A DNA stretch of 64,000 bases from an uncultured Pelagibacteraceae bacterium (lineage in GTDB: Bacteria; Pseudomonadota; Alphaproteobacteria; Pelagibacterales; Pelagibacteraceae): positions 84 through 64,083 of the forward strand of contig CACEGO010000004.1 of assembly GCA_902559075.1 (NCBI GenBank). The letters run 5' to 3'. Of the stretch, positions 1 through 10,541 are shown piece after piece. The first letter of the stretch is position 1; each line of letters opens with the position of its first letter. The notes under the pieces were generated by a model. That model made no database searches. It had not been told where the DNA came from and saw nothing but the letters and a program-made list of their open reading frames with translations. A program made the translations under genes and the position numbers.

Positions 1-1212
1 GATGAAAGTTATAAAATTAGTGGTCAAAAGATTTTTATAACTTCTGGTGATCACGACTTAACTGAAAATATCATTCATTTAGTTTTAGCAAGATCAACAG
101 ATTCCCCTGCGGGCACTAAAGGAATTAGTTTATTTTTAGTTCCAAAATATATTGTAAATGAAGATGGTAGTGTTGGTCAAAGAAATGGAATTTCAACGGG
201 ATCTATTGAAAGCAAAATGGGAATTAAGGGTTCGGCTACATGTGTATTAAATTTTGACGAAGCTACTGGGTATATGATTGGTACCAAAGATAAAGGTCTC
301 AGCGCTATGTTTACTATGATGAATTTAGAAAGAATAGTTGTAGGTATTCAAGGTTTAGGAATTTCTGAAATCGCGTATCAAAATTCACTTGCTTATGCAA
401 AAGAGAGAAAACAAGGAAAAACAAATAATTCAAAATCTAATAATGGTGCAGATTTTATTATTGAGCATGCAGACATTAGAAGATCTTTACTCAATATGAA
501 GTCAATAATTGAAGGAGAAAGAGCCTTATGTTTTTGGTTATCGCAACAAACAGAGGTAAGTCTCTATCATCCAGATGAAAAAATTAAACAAGAAGCTCTA
601 GATTATGTCTCATTAATGACACCAGTAGTTAAATCATTGTTTACAGATTTAGCTATGGAAATAACAAATGATGCAATGCAGATACACGGCGGATATGGGT
701 ATACCAAAGACCAAGGAATAGAGCAGTTGTATAGAGATAATCGTATTACACCTATATACGAAGGAACAAATTCTGTACAAGCGGCGGATTTAGTTTTTAG
801 AAAGCTATCAAATAAAAATGGTGACATTATTAATAAGTTTTTAGATATGGTTAAATCTGAATGTGATAGCAAGAATGAAAAAGTAAAAATATTTTCCAAA
901 GAATTAAATCATTATTTAGATATTTTGTCTAAGTTTACAGACTGGATAAAAGATAAACATAAAATTGAAAAAGATGATGTTAGTGCTGCTGCAAATGATT
1001 ATTTAAAAAGTCTAGGATATGTTTCAATAGCTTATGCTTGGATAAAAATACTAGAAGTTAGTTTTAAAGATTTTGATACAAATAAAGAATTTTATAGTGA
1101 CAAAATAAATACAGCAAAATTTTATTTTGATAAGGTGCTCCCTAGAGCCGAGTATCATTATAAATCTGCGATTTCAGGAAGCTCAAATATTATGAATTTC
1201 AAGTTTAATTAA
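1..1212 (+). CDS. dmdC: Acyl-CoA dehydrogenase, likely 3-methylmercaptopropionyl-CoA dehydrogenase (5' truncated by window edge)
   Basis: Frame is open from base 1 (DESYKISGQKIFITSGDHDL); ACAD motifs KMGIKGS, QIHGGYGY, IYEGTN; directly upstream of dmdB and dmdA. Confidence 0.85.
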   Translation, partial: DESYKISGQKIFITSGDHDLTENIIHLVLARSTDSPAGTKGISLFLVPKYIVNEDGSVGQRNGISTGSIESKMGIKGSATCVLNFDEATGYMIGTKDKGLSAMFTMMNLERIVVGIQGLGISEIAYQNSLAYAKERKQGKTNNSKSNNGADFIIEHADIRRSLLNMKSIIEGERALCFWLSQQTEVSLYHPDEKIKQEALDYVSLMTPVVKSLFTDLAMEITNDAMQIHGGYGYTKDQGIEQLYRDNRITPIYEGTNSVQAADLVFRKLSNKNGDIINKFLDMVKSECDSKNEKVKIFSKELNHYLDILSKFTDWIKDKHKIEKDDVSAAANDYLKSLGYVSIAYAWIKILEVSFKDFDTNKEFYSDKINTAKFYFDKVLPRAEYHYKSAISGSSNIMNFKFN

Positions 1213-1214
1213 TT

Positions 1215-2831
1215 ATGAATTATTACGAAACAAATCTAGATAAAAATAAAGCTAACTATGTTCCACTCACTCCATTAACATTTCTTAAAAGAGCAAGAGA
1301 AATTTATCCAAATTATGAAGCTATTATTTATGAAGATAGAAAATATACGTGGAGCGAGACTTATAAAAGAGTTGTAAAATTTGCAAGTGCATTGTCTAAA
1401 ATTGGAATTAAAAAAGGTGATACAATTTCATTCTTAGCCTTTAATACTCCAGAAATTTTTGAAGCACATTATGCAATACCCATGACAGGTGCAGTGTTAA
1501 ATACAATTAATATAAGATTAGATGCAAATACAATTTCATATATTTTAGATCATAGTGAAGCGAAAGCGCTAGTGGTTGATAGACAATTACATGTAGAAGT
1601 TAAAAAAGCACTAAAAATTTTAAATAAAAAAATTACGATAATTGACATAAATGATAAATATGCAGATCAATCAAAATTAGAAAAAATCGGTGATTTAGAA
1701 TACGAGAGTTTCTTAAATACTGGAGATGAAAATTTTGATTGGCAAATGCCAGAAGACGAATGGCAAGCAATATCATTAAGTTATACTTCGGGTACTACAG
1801 GAAATCCCAAAGGTGTAGTTTATCATCATAGAGGAGCATATCTAATGTCCACAGGTAGTTCGGTGGCTTGGAATATGCCAAATAGATTAAATTTTTTAAC
1901 AGTTGTTCCAATGTTTCATTGTAATGGCTGGTGTTATCCTTGGACAGTTCCAATGTTAAATGGAAGAACTATTTGTTTAAGAAATATTGATATTAAAAAA
2001 ATTTTTGAACTAATTGAAAAATATGAGGTAACACATTTTGGTGGTGCGCCTATTGTATTAAATATGATTACAGGAGCGCCAGCAAGTGACCAAAAAAAAT
2101 TAAAAAATAAAGTTTATGTTTTAACTGCTGGTGCGCCTCCACCAAGTATAATTTTTAAAAAGATGAAAGCACTAGGTTTTGAGGTTATGCATGTTTATGG
2201 TTTAACAGAAACTTATGGACATGTTACCCAGTGTGCATGGAATGATGAGTGGAACAGTTTTGATGAGGAAAAACAAAATGAAATTAAAGCTAGACAAGGT
2301 GTAAAATATCCGAATACCGAAGGTGTAGTTGTTTTAGATCCAGAAACAATGAAAGAGGTTCCCATGGATGGAAAGACAATTGGTGAAATTATGATTAGAG
2401 GAAATGTTGTAATGAAGGGTTATTTTAAAGATAAAGAAGCAACCGATAAAGCTATGAAAGATGGATGGTTTCATAGTGGCGATTTAGCTGTAATTCATCC
2501 TGATGGTTACGTAAAAATACAAGATAGATCAAAAGATATAATTATTTCTGGTGGTGAAAATATTTCTTCAATAGAAATAGAAAATACACTTTCTAAACAT
2601 CCATCAGTTTCGATTGCAGCAGTAGTTGCAAAGCCTGATGAAAAATGGGGAGAAGTTCCTTGTGCATTTATTGAAGCAGTTAAAGATAAATCAGTAACAG
2701 AAAAAGAATTAATTGATTTTTGTAAAGAAACACTAGCAGGTTTTAAAGTTCCAAAAAAAGTGGTTTTCTGTGAGTTGCCAAAAACATCAACAGGAAAAAT
2801 ACAAAAATTTGAATTAAGAAAACAAGTTTAG
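1215..2831 (+). CDS. dmdB: AMP-dependent acyl-CoA ligase, likely MMPA-CoA ligase
   Basis: YTSGTTGNPKG, YGLTE, HSGD and PKTSTGKIQK motifs; position in the dmd cluster. Confidence 0.85.
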   Translation: MNYYETNLDKNKANYVPLTPLTFLKRAREIYPNYEAIIYEDRKYTWSETYKRVVKFASALSKIGIKKGDTISFLAFNTPEIFEAHYAIPMTGAVLNTINIRLDANTISYILDHSEAKALVVDRQLHVEVKKALKILNKKITIIDINDKYADQSKLEKIGDLEYESFLNTGDENFDWQMPEDEWQAISLSYTSGTTGNPKGVVYHHRGAYLMSTGSSVAWNMPNRLNFLTVVPMFHCNGWCYPWTVPMLNGRTICLRNIDIKKIFELIEKYEVTHFGGAPIVLNMITGAPASDQKKLKNKVYVLTAGAPPPSIIFKKMKALGFEVMHVYGLTETYGHVTQCAWNDEWNSFDEEKQNEIKARQGVKYPNTEGVVVLDPETMKEVPMDGKTIGEIMIRGNVVMKGYFKDKEATDKAMKDGWFHSGDLAVIHPDGYVKIQDRSKDIIISGGENISSIEIENTLSKHPSVSIAAVVAKPDEKWGEVPCAFIEAVKDKSVTEKELIDFCKETLAGFKVPKKVVFCELPKTSTGKIQKFELRKQV

Positions 2832-2838
2832 GTAACTT

Positions 2839-3612
2839 TTGATTTTTCAAATTGAAAATAAAAATATCCATGCCTCTGATGCTGGACAAGGCATAGATCC
2901 AAATAAAGAAACCATCATATTTCTTCATGGAAGTGGTCTTTCCCATATAGTATGGTCTTTGGTAGAGCAATTTTTTTCAAATAAAAAATTTAATGTTTTA
3001 TCTATTGATTTGCCTGGACATGGAAATTCAGATGGCCCTTGCCTAGACAGTATAGAAAAAATTGCTGATTGGTTAGAAAAAGTATTTATTGAATTAAATT
3101 TAAAAGAATTAACACTTGTGGGACACTCCCAGGGTTGTTTGGAAATATTAGAATACGCAGCAAAATATAAAAGCAGAATAAAAAAATTAGTTTTTCTAGG
3201 TGGTTCAAACAAAATGCCAGTTCATCCTGATTTAATTAATTTAGCAAATAATGGAGATTCTGATGCAGTAAAATTAATGATGAAGTGGGGCTACGAAGGT
3301 TCAAAAAAATTTATTGGTGGAAACCCAGTAGAAAAAATAATTCAGTCACCAAGAGATATTAGGGAGATCTTAGCAGTTGATTTAGTTGCATGTAATAATT
3401 ATAGCAACGGTTCTGATGCTGCTAAATTAATAGAATGCCCCACATTGTTAATCTTTGGATCATTAGACAAAATGGTTAATTTAGAAGCAGGTAAAAAGTT
3501 TTCTAGTTTAGTTAAAAATTCGAAAACTCATATAATTGAAGGATGCGGTCATATGATTATGATTGAAAAAGCATTTGAAATGAGAGAGAAGGTTTTAGAA
3601 TTTTTAAAATAA
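2839..3612 (+). CDS. Alpha/beta-fold serine hydrolase of unknown substrate
   Basis: FLHG, DLPGHG, nucleophile elbow GHSQG, acid GSLDK, base GCGHM; TTG start; stop overlaps the dmdA start (TAATG). Confidence 0.85.
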   Translation: MIFQIENKNIHASDAGQGIDPNKETIIFLHGSGLSHIVWSLVEQFFSNKKFNVLSIDLPGHGNSDGPCLDSIEKIADWLEKVFIELNLKELTLVGHSQGCLEILEYAAKYKSRIKKLVFLGGSNKMPVHPDLINLANNGDSDAVKLMMKWGYEGSKKFIGGNPVEKIIQSPRDIREILAVDLVACNNYSNGSDAAKLIECPTLLIFGSLDKMVNLEAGKKFSSLVKNSKTHIIEGCGHMIMIEKAFEMREKVLEFLK

Positions 3613-4721
3613 TGAAAAATTTTTCAATAGCAAAATCGAGAAGACTTAGGGGAACTCCTTACACCTCTAGAATTGAAAAACAAGGAGTTACAGCTTACAC
3701 CATATATAATCATATGTTATTGCCAGCTGCATTTGGTTCAACTGAGGAATCATACCACCACTTGAAGGAGCATGTACAAATTTGGGATGTAGCTGCTGAA
3801 AGACAGGTAGAAATTTCAGGCAAAGACTCAGCAAAATTAGTTCAGTTAATGACTTGTAGAGATTTATCTAAATCAAAAGATGGAAGATGTTATTATTGTC
3901 CGATAATAGATGATAATGCTGGATTGATTAATGATCCAGTCGTCTTGAGATTAAATGAAAATAAATGGTGGATTTCTCTTGCTGACTCAGACGTAATATT
4001 ATTCGCAAAAGGATTAGCAATTGGAAATAAATTTGATGTAAAGATTTCTGAACCTGATGTTGATATTATGGCAGTACAAGGTCCAAAGTCATTTAAATTA
4101 ATGGAAAAAGTTTTTGGGGATAAGATTATAAATTTAAAATTCTTTGGTTTTGATTATTTTGAATTTGGTGGTGATAAACATTTAATTGCAAGATCTGGAT
4201 GGTCTAAACAAGGGGGTTATGAAATTTATGTTGAACATAATGACTCAGGCTTAAAATTATATGATCATCTTTTTGAAATTGGAAAAGAGTTTAATGTAAA
4301 ACCAGGATGTCCTAATTTAATAGAACGTATTGAAAGTGGATTACTTTCTTATGGAAATGATATGGATAATGGAGACAATCCATATGAATGCAACTTTGAT
4401 AAATATATTAACATAGATAATGATGTTAAATTTTTGGGAAAAGAAAAATTAAAAAAAATTAAAACCGAAGGAATAAATAGAAAGCTTGTTGGAGTTAAAC
4501 TTAATACAGATAAAATTAGCCTCACAGGCTCATTAGATTTAATTGATCAGAATAAGAATATAATTGGAGAATTGAGATCAGCTTGTTATTCGCCACATTT
4601 TAAAAAAGTTATTGGTATTGCTATGATGAAAAAACCTTACTGGAATGGTGATCAAGATGTAAAAGCCATGATAAATGGTGAAATTTGTGTTGGTAAAGTT
4701 TGCGATTTACCTTTTATTTAG
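3612..4721 (+). CDS. dmdA: Dimethylsulfoniopropionate demethylase (GcvT family)
   Basis: N-terminus [37 protein letters not shown] and [19 protein letters not shown] match Pelagibacter DmdA as I recall it; 369 aa. Confidence 0.95.
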   Translation: MKNFSIAKSRRLRGTPYTSRIEKQGVTAYTIYNHMLLPAAFGSTEESYHHLKEHVQIWDVAAERQVEISGKDSAKLVQLMTCRDLSKSKDGRCYYCPIIDDNAGLINDPVVLRLNENKWWISLADSDVILFAKGLAIGNKFDVKISEPDVDIMAVQGPKSFKLMEKVFGDKIINLKFFGFDYFEFGGDKHLIARSGWSKQGGYEIYVEHNDSGLKLYDHLFEIGKEFNVKPGCPNLIERIESGLLSYGNDMDNGDNPYECNFDKYINIDNDVKFLGKEKLKKIKTEGINRKLVGVKLNTDKISLTGSLDLIDQNKNIIGELRSACYSPHFKKVIGIAMMKKPYWNGDQDVKAMINGEICVGKVCDLPFI

Positions 4722-4727
4722 TATAAA
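4700..4727 (+). promoter_or_regulatory. Putative sigma70 promoter for asd-sdh
   Basis: TTGCGA-16 nt-TATAAA, 11 nt before the asd ATG. Confidence 0.4.
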
Positions 4728-4738
4728 AGTCTTTAACA

Positions 4739-5734
4739 ATGAACATAGCTATAGTAGGTGCAACAGGTAACGTAGGTAGAAAAACTCTTGAAGTTTTTGA
4801 TAAAAAAAACTTTAAGTTTGAAAACCTGTATCTAGTTGCTTCTGAAAAAAGCGCAGGAAAAAAAATTACTTTTCGAAATAAAGAATATGAAATTGAAAAT
4901 TTAGAAACCTACGATTTTTCAAAAGCAAATATAACTTTTTTTGCAGCAGGAGGAAAAATTGCGGAAAAATATGCTGAAAATGCTGCTAAACATACAATAG
5001 TAATTGATAATTCAAGTTTTTTTAGAATGGATCCAGATGTACCTCTGATTGTTCCACAAGTAAATTCATCAGATATAAAAAAAATGAAAAAAAATATTAT
5101 TGCAAATCCCAATTGTTCTACGGCGCAACTAGTCATTGCACTTAAACCACTTCATGATTTGTTCAAAATAAAAAGAGTTGTAGTTTCAACTTATCAATCT
5201 GTTTCAGGCGGTGGAAAGAGCCCAATGGATGAATTGATAGAGCAAACTAAAAAATATTTAGATGGTAAAAAAATAGAGTCTAAAAATTTTACTAAACAAA
5301 TTGCATTTAATGTTATTCCACATATCGATGTATTTGCTGATGATGGGTATACAAAAGAAGAATTAAAAATGACGAATGAGACAAAAAAAATTTTAGATGA
5401 AAAAATTGAACTTACAGCGACATGTGTAAGAATACCAGTGTTAGTATCTCATTCTGAATCTGTGAATATACAGTTTGAAAAACCATACACACTAGAAAAA
5501 GTAAGAGAGGTCTTGAATAATGCAGAAGGTTGTCAGGTTATTGATAGAAGAGAAAATGGGGGTTATAGCACACCGTTTGAGGCAACAGGAAGTGATGAGA
5601 CTTATATATCTAGAATTAGGGAAGATAAAACATCAAAAAACACATTAAATTTATGGATTGTTTCGGACAATTTGCTTAGAGGTGCCGCGCTTAATTCTGT
5701 TGAAATTGCTGAAACAATAATTAATTCAAAATAA
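4739..5734 (+). CDS. asd: Aspartate-semialdehyde dehydrogenase
   Basis: VGATGNVG, ANPNCST, YQSVSGGG, DNLLRGAA. Confidence 0.97.
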   Translation: MNIAIVGATGNVGRKTLEVFDKKNFKFENLYLVASEKSAGKKITFRNKEYEIENLETYDFSKANITFFAAGGKIAEKYAENAAKHTIVIDNSSFFRMDPDVPLIVPQVNSSDIKKMKKNIIANPNCSTAQLVIALKPLHDLFKIKRVVVSTYQSVSGGGKSPMDELIEQTKKYLDGKKIESKNFTKQIAFNVIPHIDVFADDGYTKEELKMTNETKKILDEKIELTATCVRIPVLVSHSESVNIQFEKPYTLEKVREVLNNAEGCQVIDRRENGGYSTPFEATGSDETYISRIREDKTSKNTLNLWIVSDNLLRGAALNSVEIAETIINSK

Positions 5735-5738
5735 GTGA

Positions 5739-6119
5739 ATGGAAAATAGACCTTTATCACCACATATACAGATTTATAAATGGCATATTTCTTCATTAGT
5801 ATCAATTTCACATAGAATTACAGGAATAATTAATTTTTTTGCGATAACAGTAATTTGTATTTGGTTTGCTCTTATGCTTTTTGGAGAAACCAATTATCAA
5901 ATAATAAAATTTTTTTTAGAAACTTTTCTGGGGAAATTTATTTTAATTGGGATAACTTGGTCATTTAGTTTTCAAATGTTAAGCGAAATTAGACATATGA
6001 TTATGGATTTAGGTTATGGTTTTGAATTACAAACAACAAAAATAACAGGTTTACTAGTTATTTTTGGTTCAATTATAATGACCATATTAATTTACTTATT
6101 TGGAAGAGGAATAATTTAA
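5739..6119 (+). CDS. sdhC: Succinate dehydrogenase membrane subunit C
   Basis: NRPLSPH, SISHRITG, IRH..MDLG; 3 TM segments; heme-ligand His position is Gln. Confidence 0.93.
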   Translation: MENRPLSPHIQIYKWHISSLVSISHRITGIINFFAITVICIWFALMLFGETNYQIIKFFLETFLGKFILIGITWSFSFQMLSEIRHMIMDLGYGFELQTTKITGLLVIFGSIIMTILIYLFGRGII

Positions 6120-6448
6120 TGCTTCCAGTTACAAAAAAATGGTTATTCCTAAAAATTAGTTCATTAATTTTATTACCTTTAATGTTTTGGTTTATAATAA
6201 ATCTAGTGAATTTTTATGATAAAACCTATCAAGAAATAGTTGGTTTTTTAACGTCACAACCATCTAAGTTTTTGATAGGACTATTTTTAGTATTTGCTTA
6301 TTTTTTTTCAGCATTGAGTATAAGTGAGGTTTTTGAGGACTATATTGAAGATGTTAAAATCAAAAATGCCGCAAACAAAGTACTAAATTTTTTTGCTATA
6401 ACAATTCCAATTATTACAATAATAGTTATTTTTAACTTAAATACATGA
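6119..6448 (+). CDS. sdhD: Succinate dehydrogenase membrane anchor subunit D
   Basis: Between sdhC and sdhA; hydrophobic; EDY quinone motif; contains no His. Confidence 0.88.
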   Translation: MLPVTKKWLFLKISSLILLPLMFWFIINLVNFYDKTYQEIVGFLTSQPSKFLIGLFLVFAYFFSALSISEVFEDYIEDVKIKNAANKVLNFFAITIPIITIIVIFNLNT

Positions 6449-8220
6449 AAGCATATAATATCATAGATCATGAGTACGACGTTGTTGTGCTAGGAGCTGG
6501 TGGATCAGGATTAAGAGCAGCAGTGGGGCTCAGTGAAGCTGGCCTAAAAACAGCCTGTATCTCAAAAGTATTTCCTACAAGAAGTCATACTTCAGCTGCG
6601 CAGGGTGGAATATCAGCTGCTCTTGGAAATATGGGAGAGGATGATTGGAGATGGCACATGTATGATACTGTAAAAGGGGCTGACTGGTTAGGTGACCAAG
6701 ATAGTATTGAGTATTTGTGTAAGGAAGCACCAAAAGCAGTATTAGAATTAGAGAAATATGGAGTTCCTTTTAGTCGAACCGATGAAGGAAAAATTTATCA
6801 AAGACCATTTGGTGGAATGACAAAAAATTATGGAAATGGAATAGTCCAAAGAACTTGTGCAGCGGCAGATAGAACTGGTCATGCAATATTGCATACTCTG
6901 TATGGTCAAGCATTAAAACATAATACAGAATTTTTTATTGAATACTTTGCTTTAGACTTAATAATGAAGAATGGTGAGTGCAAAGGTTTAATTGCTTGGA
7001 ATTTAAATGATGGAACTATTCATAGGTTCAGAGCGCATACGGTCATTATTGCAACAGGTGGTTATGGTAAAGTTTATTACTCAGCAACTTCTGCTCATAC
7101 TTGTACAGGTGATGGGAATGCTATGGTTTTAAGAGCTGGATTACCACTTCAGGATATGGAGTTTGTTCAATTTCATCCAACGGGAATATATGGTCATGGT
7201 ACCTTAATAACAGAAGGCGCAAGAGGAGAAGGAGGATATCTAACAAATTCTAAAGGTGAAAGATTCATGGAAAGATACGCGCCTAATGCAAAAGATTTGG
7301 CGTCAAGAGATGTTGTGAGTAGATCGATGTCAATCGAGATTAATGAAGGAAGAGGTGTCGGAAAAGATCAAGATCATGTTCATTTGAACTTAAGTCATTT
7401 AGATAAAGAAATTATTGAAAGTAGGCTTCCAGGAATAACAGATGCAGCAAGATTATTTGCTAATGTAGATGTTACCAAAGAACCAATTCCAGTAGTGCCA
7501 ACAGTTCATTATAATATGGGGGGCATTCCCACAAATTATAAAGCAGAGGTATTAACAGTAAACGGTTCAGAAAAAACAGTTCCGGGATTAATGGCAATAG
7601 GAGAAGCGGCATGTGTTTCTGTTCATGGTGCAAATAGACTTGGATCTAATTCTTTGATTGACCTAGTAGTATTTGGAAGAGCAGCAGCAAAGAGAGCAGC
7701 TGAATTAATTAAACCAGGAACACCACACGAGGAGGTTTCAGAATTAGAAACACAAAAATGTCTAGATAGATTTGACAAACTTAGAAATGCTCAGGGGGAT
7801 AATAGTACTGCTGATTTAAGACTTTCAATGCAAAAAACAATGCAATCTAAATGTGCAGTATTTAGAACAGAAAAAAATCTAAAAGAAGGTGTTGATGAAA
7901 TAAGAAAAACTTATGATGGGATGGACTCAATTTCAGTTAAAGATAGGTCTTTGGTATTTAATACTGATTTAGTAGAAACATTAGAATTTGATAATTTGAT
8001 TAGACAAGCTGTAACTACAGTAGACTCTGCATACCATAGAAAAGAAAGCAGAGGTGCACATGCAAGAGACGACTATCCAAAAAGAGATGATGAAAAATTT
8101 ATGCAACATACTCTTGCTTGGTGTGATGGAAAGAAAACAAGAATCAGTTACAGACCAGTTCATAAATCAACTTTAAGTAACGAGGTTCAATATTTTCCAC
8201 CACAAGAGCGAGTATATTAA
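6445..8220 (+). CDS. sdhA: Succinate dehydrogenase flavoprotein
   Basis: [16 protein letters not shown] (covalent FAD His), [17 protein letters not shown]. Confidence 0.98.
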   Translation: MKAYNIIDHEYDVVVLGAGGSGLRAAVGLSEAGLKTACISKVFPTRSHTSAAQGGISAALGNMGEDDWRWHMYDTVKGADWLGDQDSIEYLCKEAPKAVLELEKYGVPFSRTDEGKIYQRPFGGMTKNYGNGIVQRTCAAADRTGHAILHTLYGQALKHNTEFFIEYFALDLIMKNGECKGLIAWNLNDGTIHRFRAHTVIIATGGYGKVYYSATSAHTCTGDGNAMVLRAGLPLQDMEFVQFHPTGIYGHGTLITEGARGEGGYLTNSKGERFMERYAPNAKDLASRDVVSRSMSIEINEGRGVGKDQDHVHLNLSHLDKEIIESRLPGITDAARLFANVDVTKEPIPVVPTVHYNMGGIPTNYKAEVLTVNGSEKTVPGLMAIGEAACVSVHGANRLGSNSLIDLVVFGRAAAKRAAELIKPGTPHEEVSELETQKCLDRFDKLRNAQGDNSTADLRLSMQKTMQSKCAVFRTEKNLKEGVDEIRKTYDGMDSISVKDRSLVFNTDLVETLEFDNLIRQAVTTVDSAYHRKESRGAHARDDYPKRDDEKFMQHTLAWCDGKKTRISYRPVHKSTLSNEVQYFPPQERVY

Positions 8221-8999
8221 TGGTACAAATAAGCCTACCTAAAAATTCAGAGGTACAAAAAGGTAAATATTTTGAAGATAAAACCGGATCAAAAAATTTA
8301 AGAAAGGTCAATATTTATAGATGGGATCCATCTACTGGCGGGAGTCCTCGAATTGATACTTATGAGGTTGATATGGATAATTGCCCTTCAAAAGTTTTAG
8401 ATATTTTAAATAAAATTAAAAATGAAATTGATCCAACTTTAGCCTATAGAAGATCTTGTGCTCATGGTGTTTGCGGATCTTGTGCCATGAATATGGGAGG
8501 AAAAAATGGACTTGCTTGCACAACTTCTCATGCAGAAATAGATGGTGATATAGATATTTATCCACTACCTCATTTAAAAGTAAAAAAAGATCTTATTGGA
8601 GATCTGGATGGTTTATACAAACAATATCAATCTATTGAACCATGGCTAAAAAATAATTCAACAAAACAAACAACTGAAATTTATCAGTCAAAAGAAGATA
8701 GAGCAAAACTAGATGGTGCTTATGAATGCATTATGTGTGCTTGTTGTTCAACATCGTGTCCAAGTTATTGGTGGAATGGAGATAAATATTTAGGACCTGC
8801 AGTTCTTTTACAAGCTTATAGATGGATTATAGACAGTAGAGATGAAGAGAGGAAAGAAAGATTAAAAAAAGTTGCTGATGAATTAAAACTTTACAGATGT
8901 CATACTATATTAAATTGTACAAATGCATGCCCGAAAGGCTTGAATCCTGCAAAAGCTATAGCAGAGATAAAAAAAATGCTTGCAACAGCAAATGTTTAA
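8220..8999 (+). CDS. sdhB: Succinate dehydrogenase iron-sulfur subunit
   Basis: [39 protein letters not shown]. Confidence 0.98.
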   Translation: MVQISLPKNSEVQKGKYFEDKTGSKNLRKVNIYRWDPSTGGSPRIDTYEVDMDNCPSKVLDILNKIKNEIDPTLAYRRSCAHGVCGSCAMNMGGKNGLACTTSHAEIDGDIDIYPLPHLKVKKDLIGDLDGLYKQYQSIEPWLKNNSTKQTTEIYQSKEDRAKLDGAYECIMCACCSTSCPSYWWNGDKYLGPAVLLQAYRWIIDSRDEERKERLKKVADELKLYRCHTILNCTNACPKGLNPAKAIAEIKKMLATANV

Positions 9000-9000
9000 A

Positions 9001-9029
9001 TAGACTATTAAGCAATTTTGATCTAAAAC
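9001..9029 (+). promoter_or_regulatory. Putative internal promoter for mmsA-mdh-sucCD
   Basis: TAGACT-17 nt-TAAAAC, 9 nt before the mmsA ATG. Confidence 0.4.
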
Positions 9030-9038
9030 ACCGTATCC

Positions 9039-10532
9039 ATGAATTTAATTGAGCACTTCGTAAACGGAAAAATAATTCCGGGATCTTCAGATAAAAAAGG
9101 AAAAGTTTTCAATCCAGCAACTGGAGAACAAGAGTCAGAGGTTAGATTAGCTTCAAAATCTGATTTAGATGAAGCGGTTGAAGTTGCAAAAAAAGCATTT
9201 GAAACTTGGTCTTTAAAACCAGCTCTTCAAAGAGCAAGAGTTATATTTAAGTTTAAAGAATTAATCGAAAAAAATTCTGAGGAATTAACAAAAATGATAG
9301 TTTCTGAGCATGGAAAAGTTTTTGAGGATGCAAGAGGCTCGTTAACAAGAGGTCTCGAAGTAGTTGAGTTTGCATGTGGTATACCACATTTATTAAAAGG
9401 GGAATTTTCTGAAAACGTTGGTACTAATGTTGATAGCTGGTCGATTAGGCAACCATTAGGAGTTGTAGCGGGGATTACTCCATTTAATTTTCCAGCAATG
9501 GTTCCAATGTGGATGTTTCCAATAGCAATAGCTTGTGGAAATACTTTTATTCTTAAACCTTCAGAAAAAGACCCATCTTGTGCAATAAGATTAGCTGAAT
9601 TACTTTCTGAAGCTGGTCTTCCAGATGGAGTATTTAATGTAGTAAATGGAGATAAAGAAGCTGTTGATGCAATTTTAGAAAACAAGGATATCAAAGCAGT
9701 TAGTTTTGTAGGATCAACACCTATTGCAAAATATATTTATGAAAATTCAGCAAAAAATGAAAAAAGAGTTCAAGCATTAGGTGGAGCTAAAAATCATTTA
9801 GTTGTAATGCCAGATTGTGATTTGGATGGAGCAGTGAATGGTTTAATGGGTGCAGCATATGGTTCAGCTGGAGAGAGATGTATGGCTCAATCTGTTGCAG
9901 TTGCAGTTGGAGATATTGGAGATGAACTTGTATCTAGATTATCAAAAAAAGCAGAAGCTTTAAAAGTAGGTCCAGGTATGGATAAAACTTCTGAAATGGG
10001 ACCCTTGGTTACTAAAGAACATTTGGAAAAAGTAAAAAGTTATGTTGATTTAGGTGTTGAAGAGGGAGCTAAGTTAGTTGTTGATGGAAGAAATTTAAAA
10101 CTTCAAGGCTACGAAAATGGTTTTTATATAGGTGGTTGCTTATTTGATCATGTAAATAAAGATATGAGAATTTATAAGGAAGAAATATTTGGTCCTGTTC
10201 TATCAGTTGTGAGAGTTAAAACATTTGAGGATGCAGCAAAGTTAATTAATGATCATGAATATGGAAATGGTGTAAGCATTTATACAAGAGATGGAGACGC
10301 AGGCAGAACTTTTGCAAGTAAAATTCAAATAGGAATGGTAGGAATAAACGTTCCAATTCCTGTACCTATGGCATTCCATAGTTTTGGTGGATGGAAAAGA
10401 TCTTTATTTGGAGATAGTGGAATGCACGGTATGGAAGGAATAAAGTTTTATACTAAACTTAAAACAGTAACATCAAGATGGCCTTCAGGTGTCCGTTCAA
10501 ATGCGGAGTTTGTAATGCCAACAATGAAATAA
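9039..10532 (+). CDS. mmsA: CoA-acylating (methyl)malonate-semialdehyde dehydrogenase
   Basis: ITPFNFPAM, LKPSEKDP, FVGST, GAKNH, AGERCMA (catalytic Cys), EEIFGPV, SFGGWKRS. Confidence 0.93.
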   Translation: MNLIEHFVNGKIIPGSSDKKGKVFNPATGEQESEVRLASKSDLDEAVEVAKKAFETWSLKPALQRARVIFKFKELIEKNSEELTKMIVSEHGKVFEDARGSLTRGLEVVEFACGIPHLLKGEFSENVGTNVDSWSIRQPLGVVAGITPFNFPAMVPMWMFPIAIACGNTFILKPSEKDPSCAIRLAELLSEAGLPDGVFNVVNGDKEAVDAILENKDIKAVSFVGSTPIAKYIYENSAKNEKRVQALGGAKNHLVVMPDCDLDGAVNGLMGAAYGSAGERCMAQSVAVAVGDIGDELVSRLSKKAEALKVGPGMDKTSEMGPLVTKEHLEKVKSYVDLGVEEGAKLVVDGRNLKLQGYENGFYIGGCLFDHVNKDMRIYKEEIFGPVLSVVRVKTFEDAAKLINDHEYGNGVSIYTRDGDAGRTFASKIQIGMVGINVPIPVPMAFHSFGGWKRSLFGDSGMHGMEGIKFYTKLKTVTSRWPSGVRSNAEFVMPTMK

Positions 10533-10541
10533 GGAAAATAA

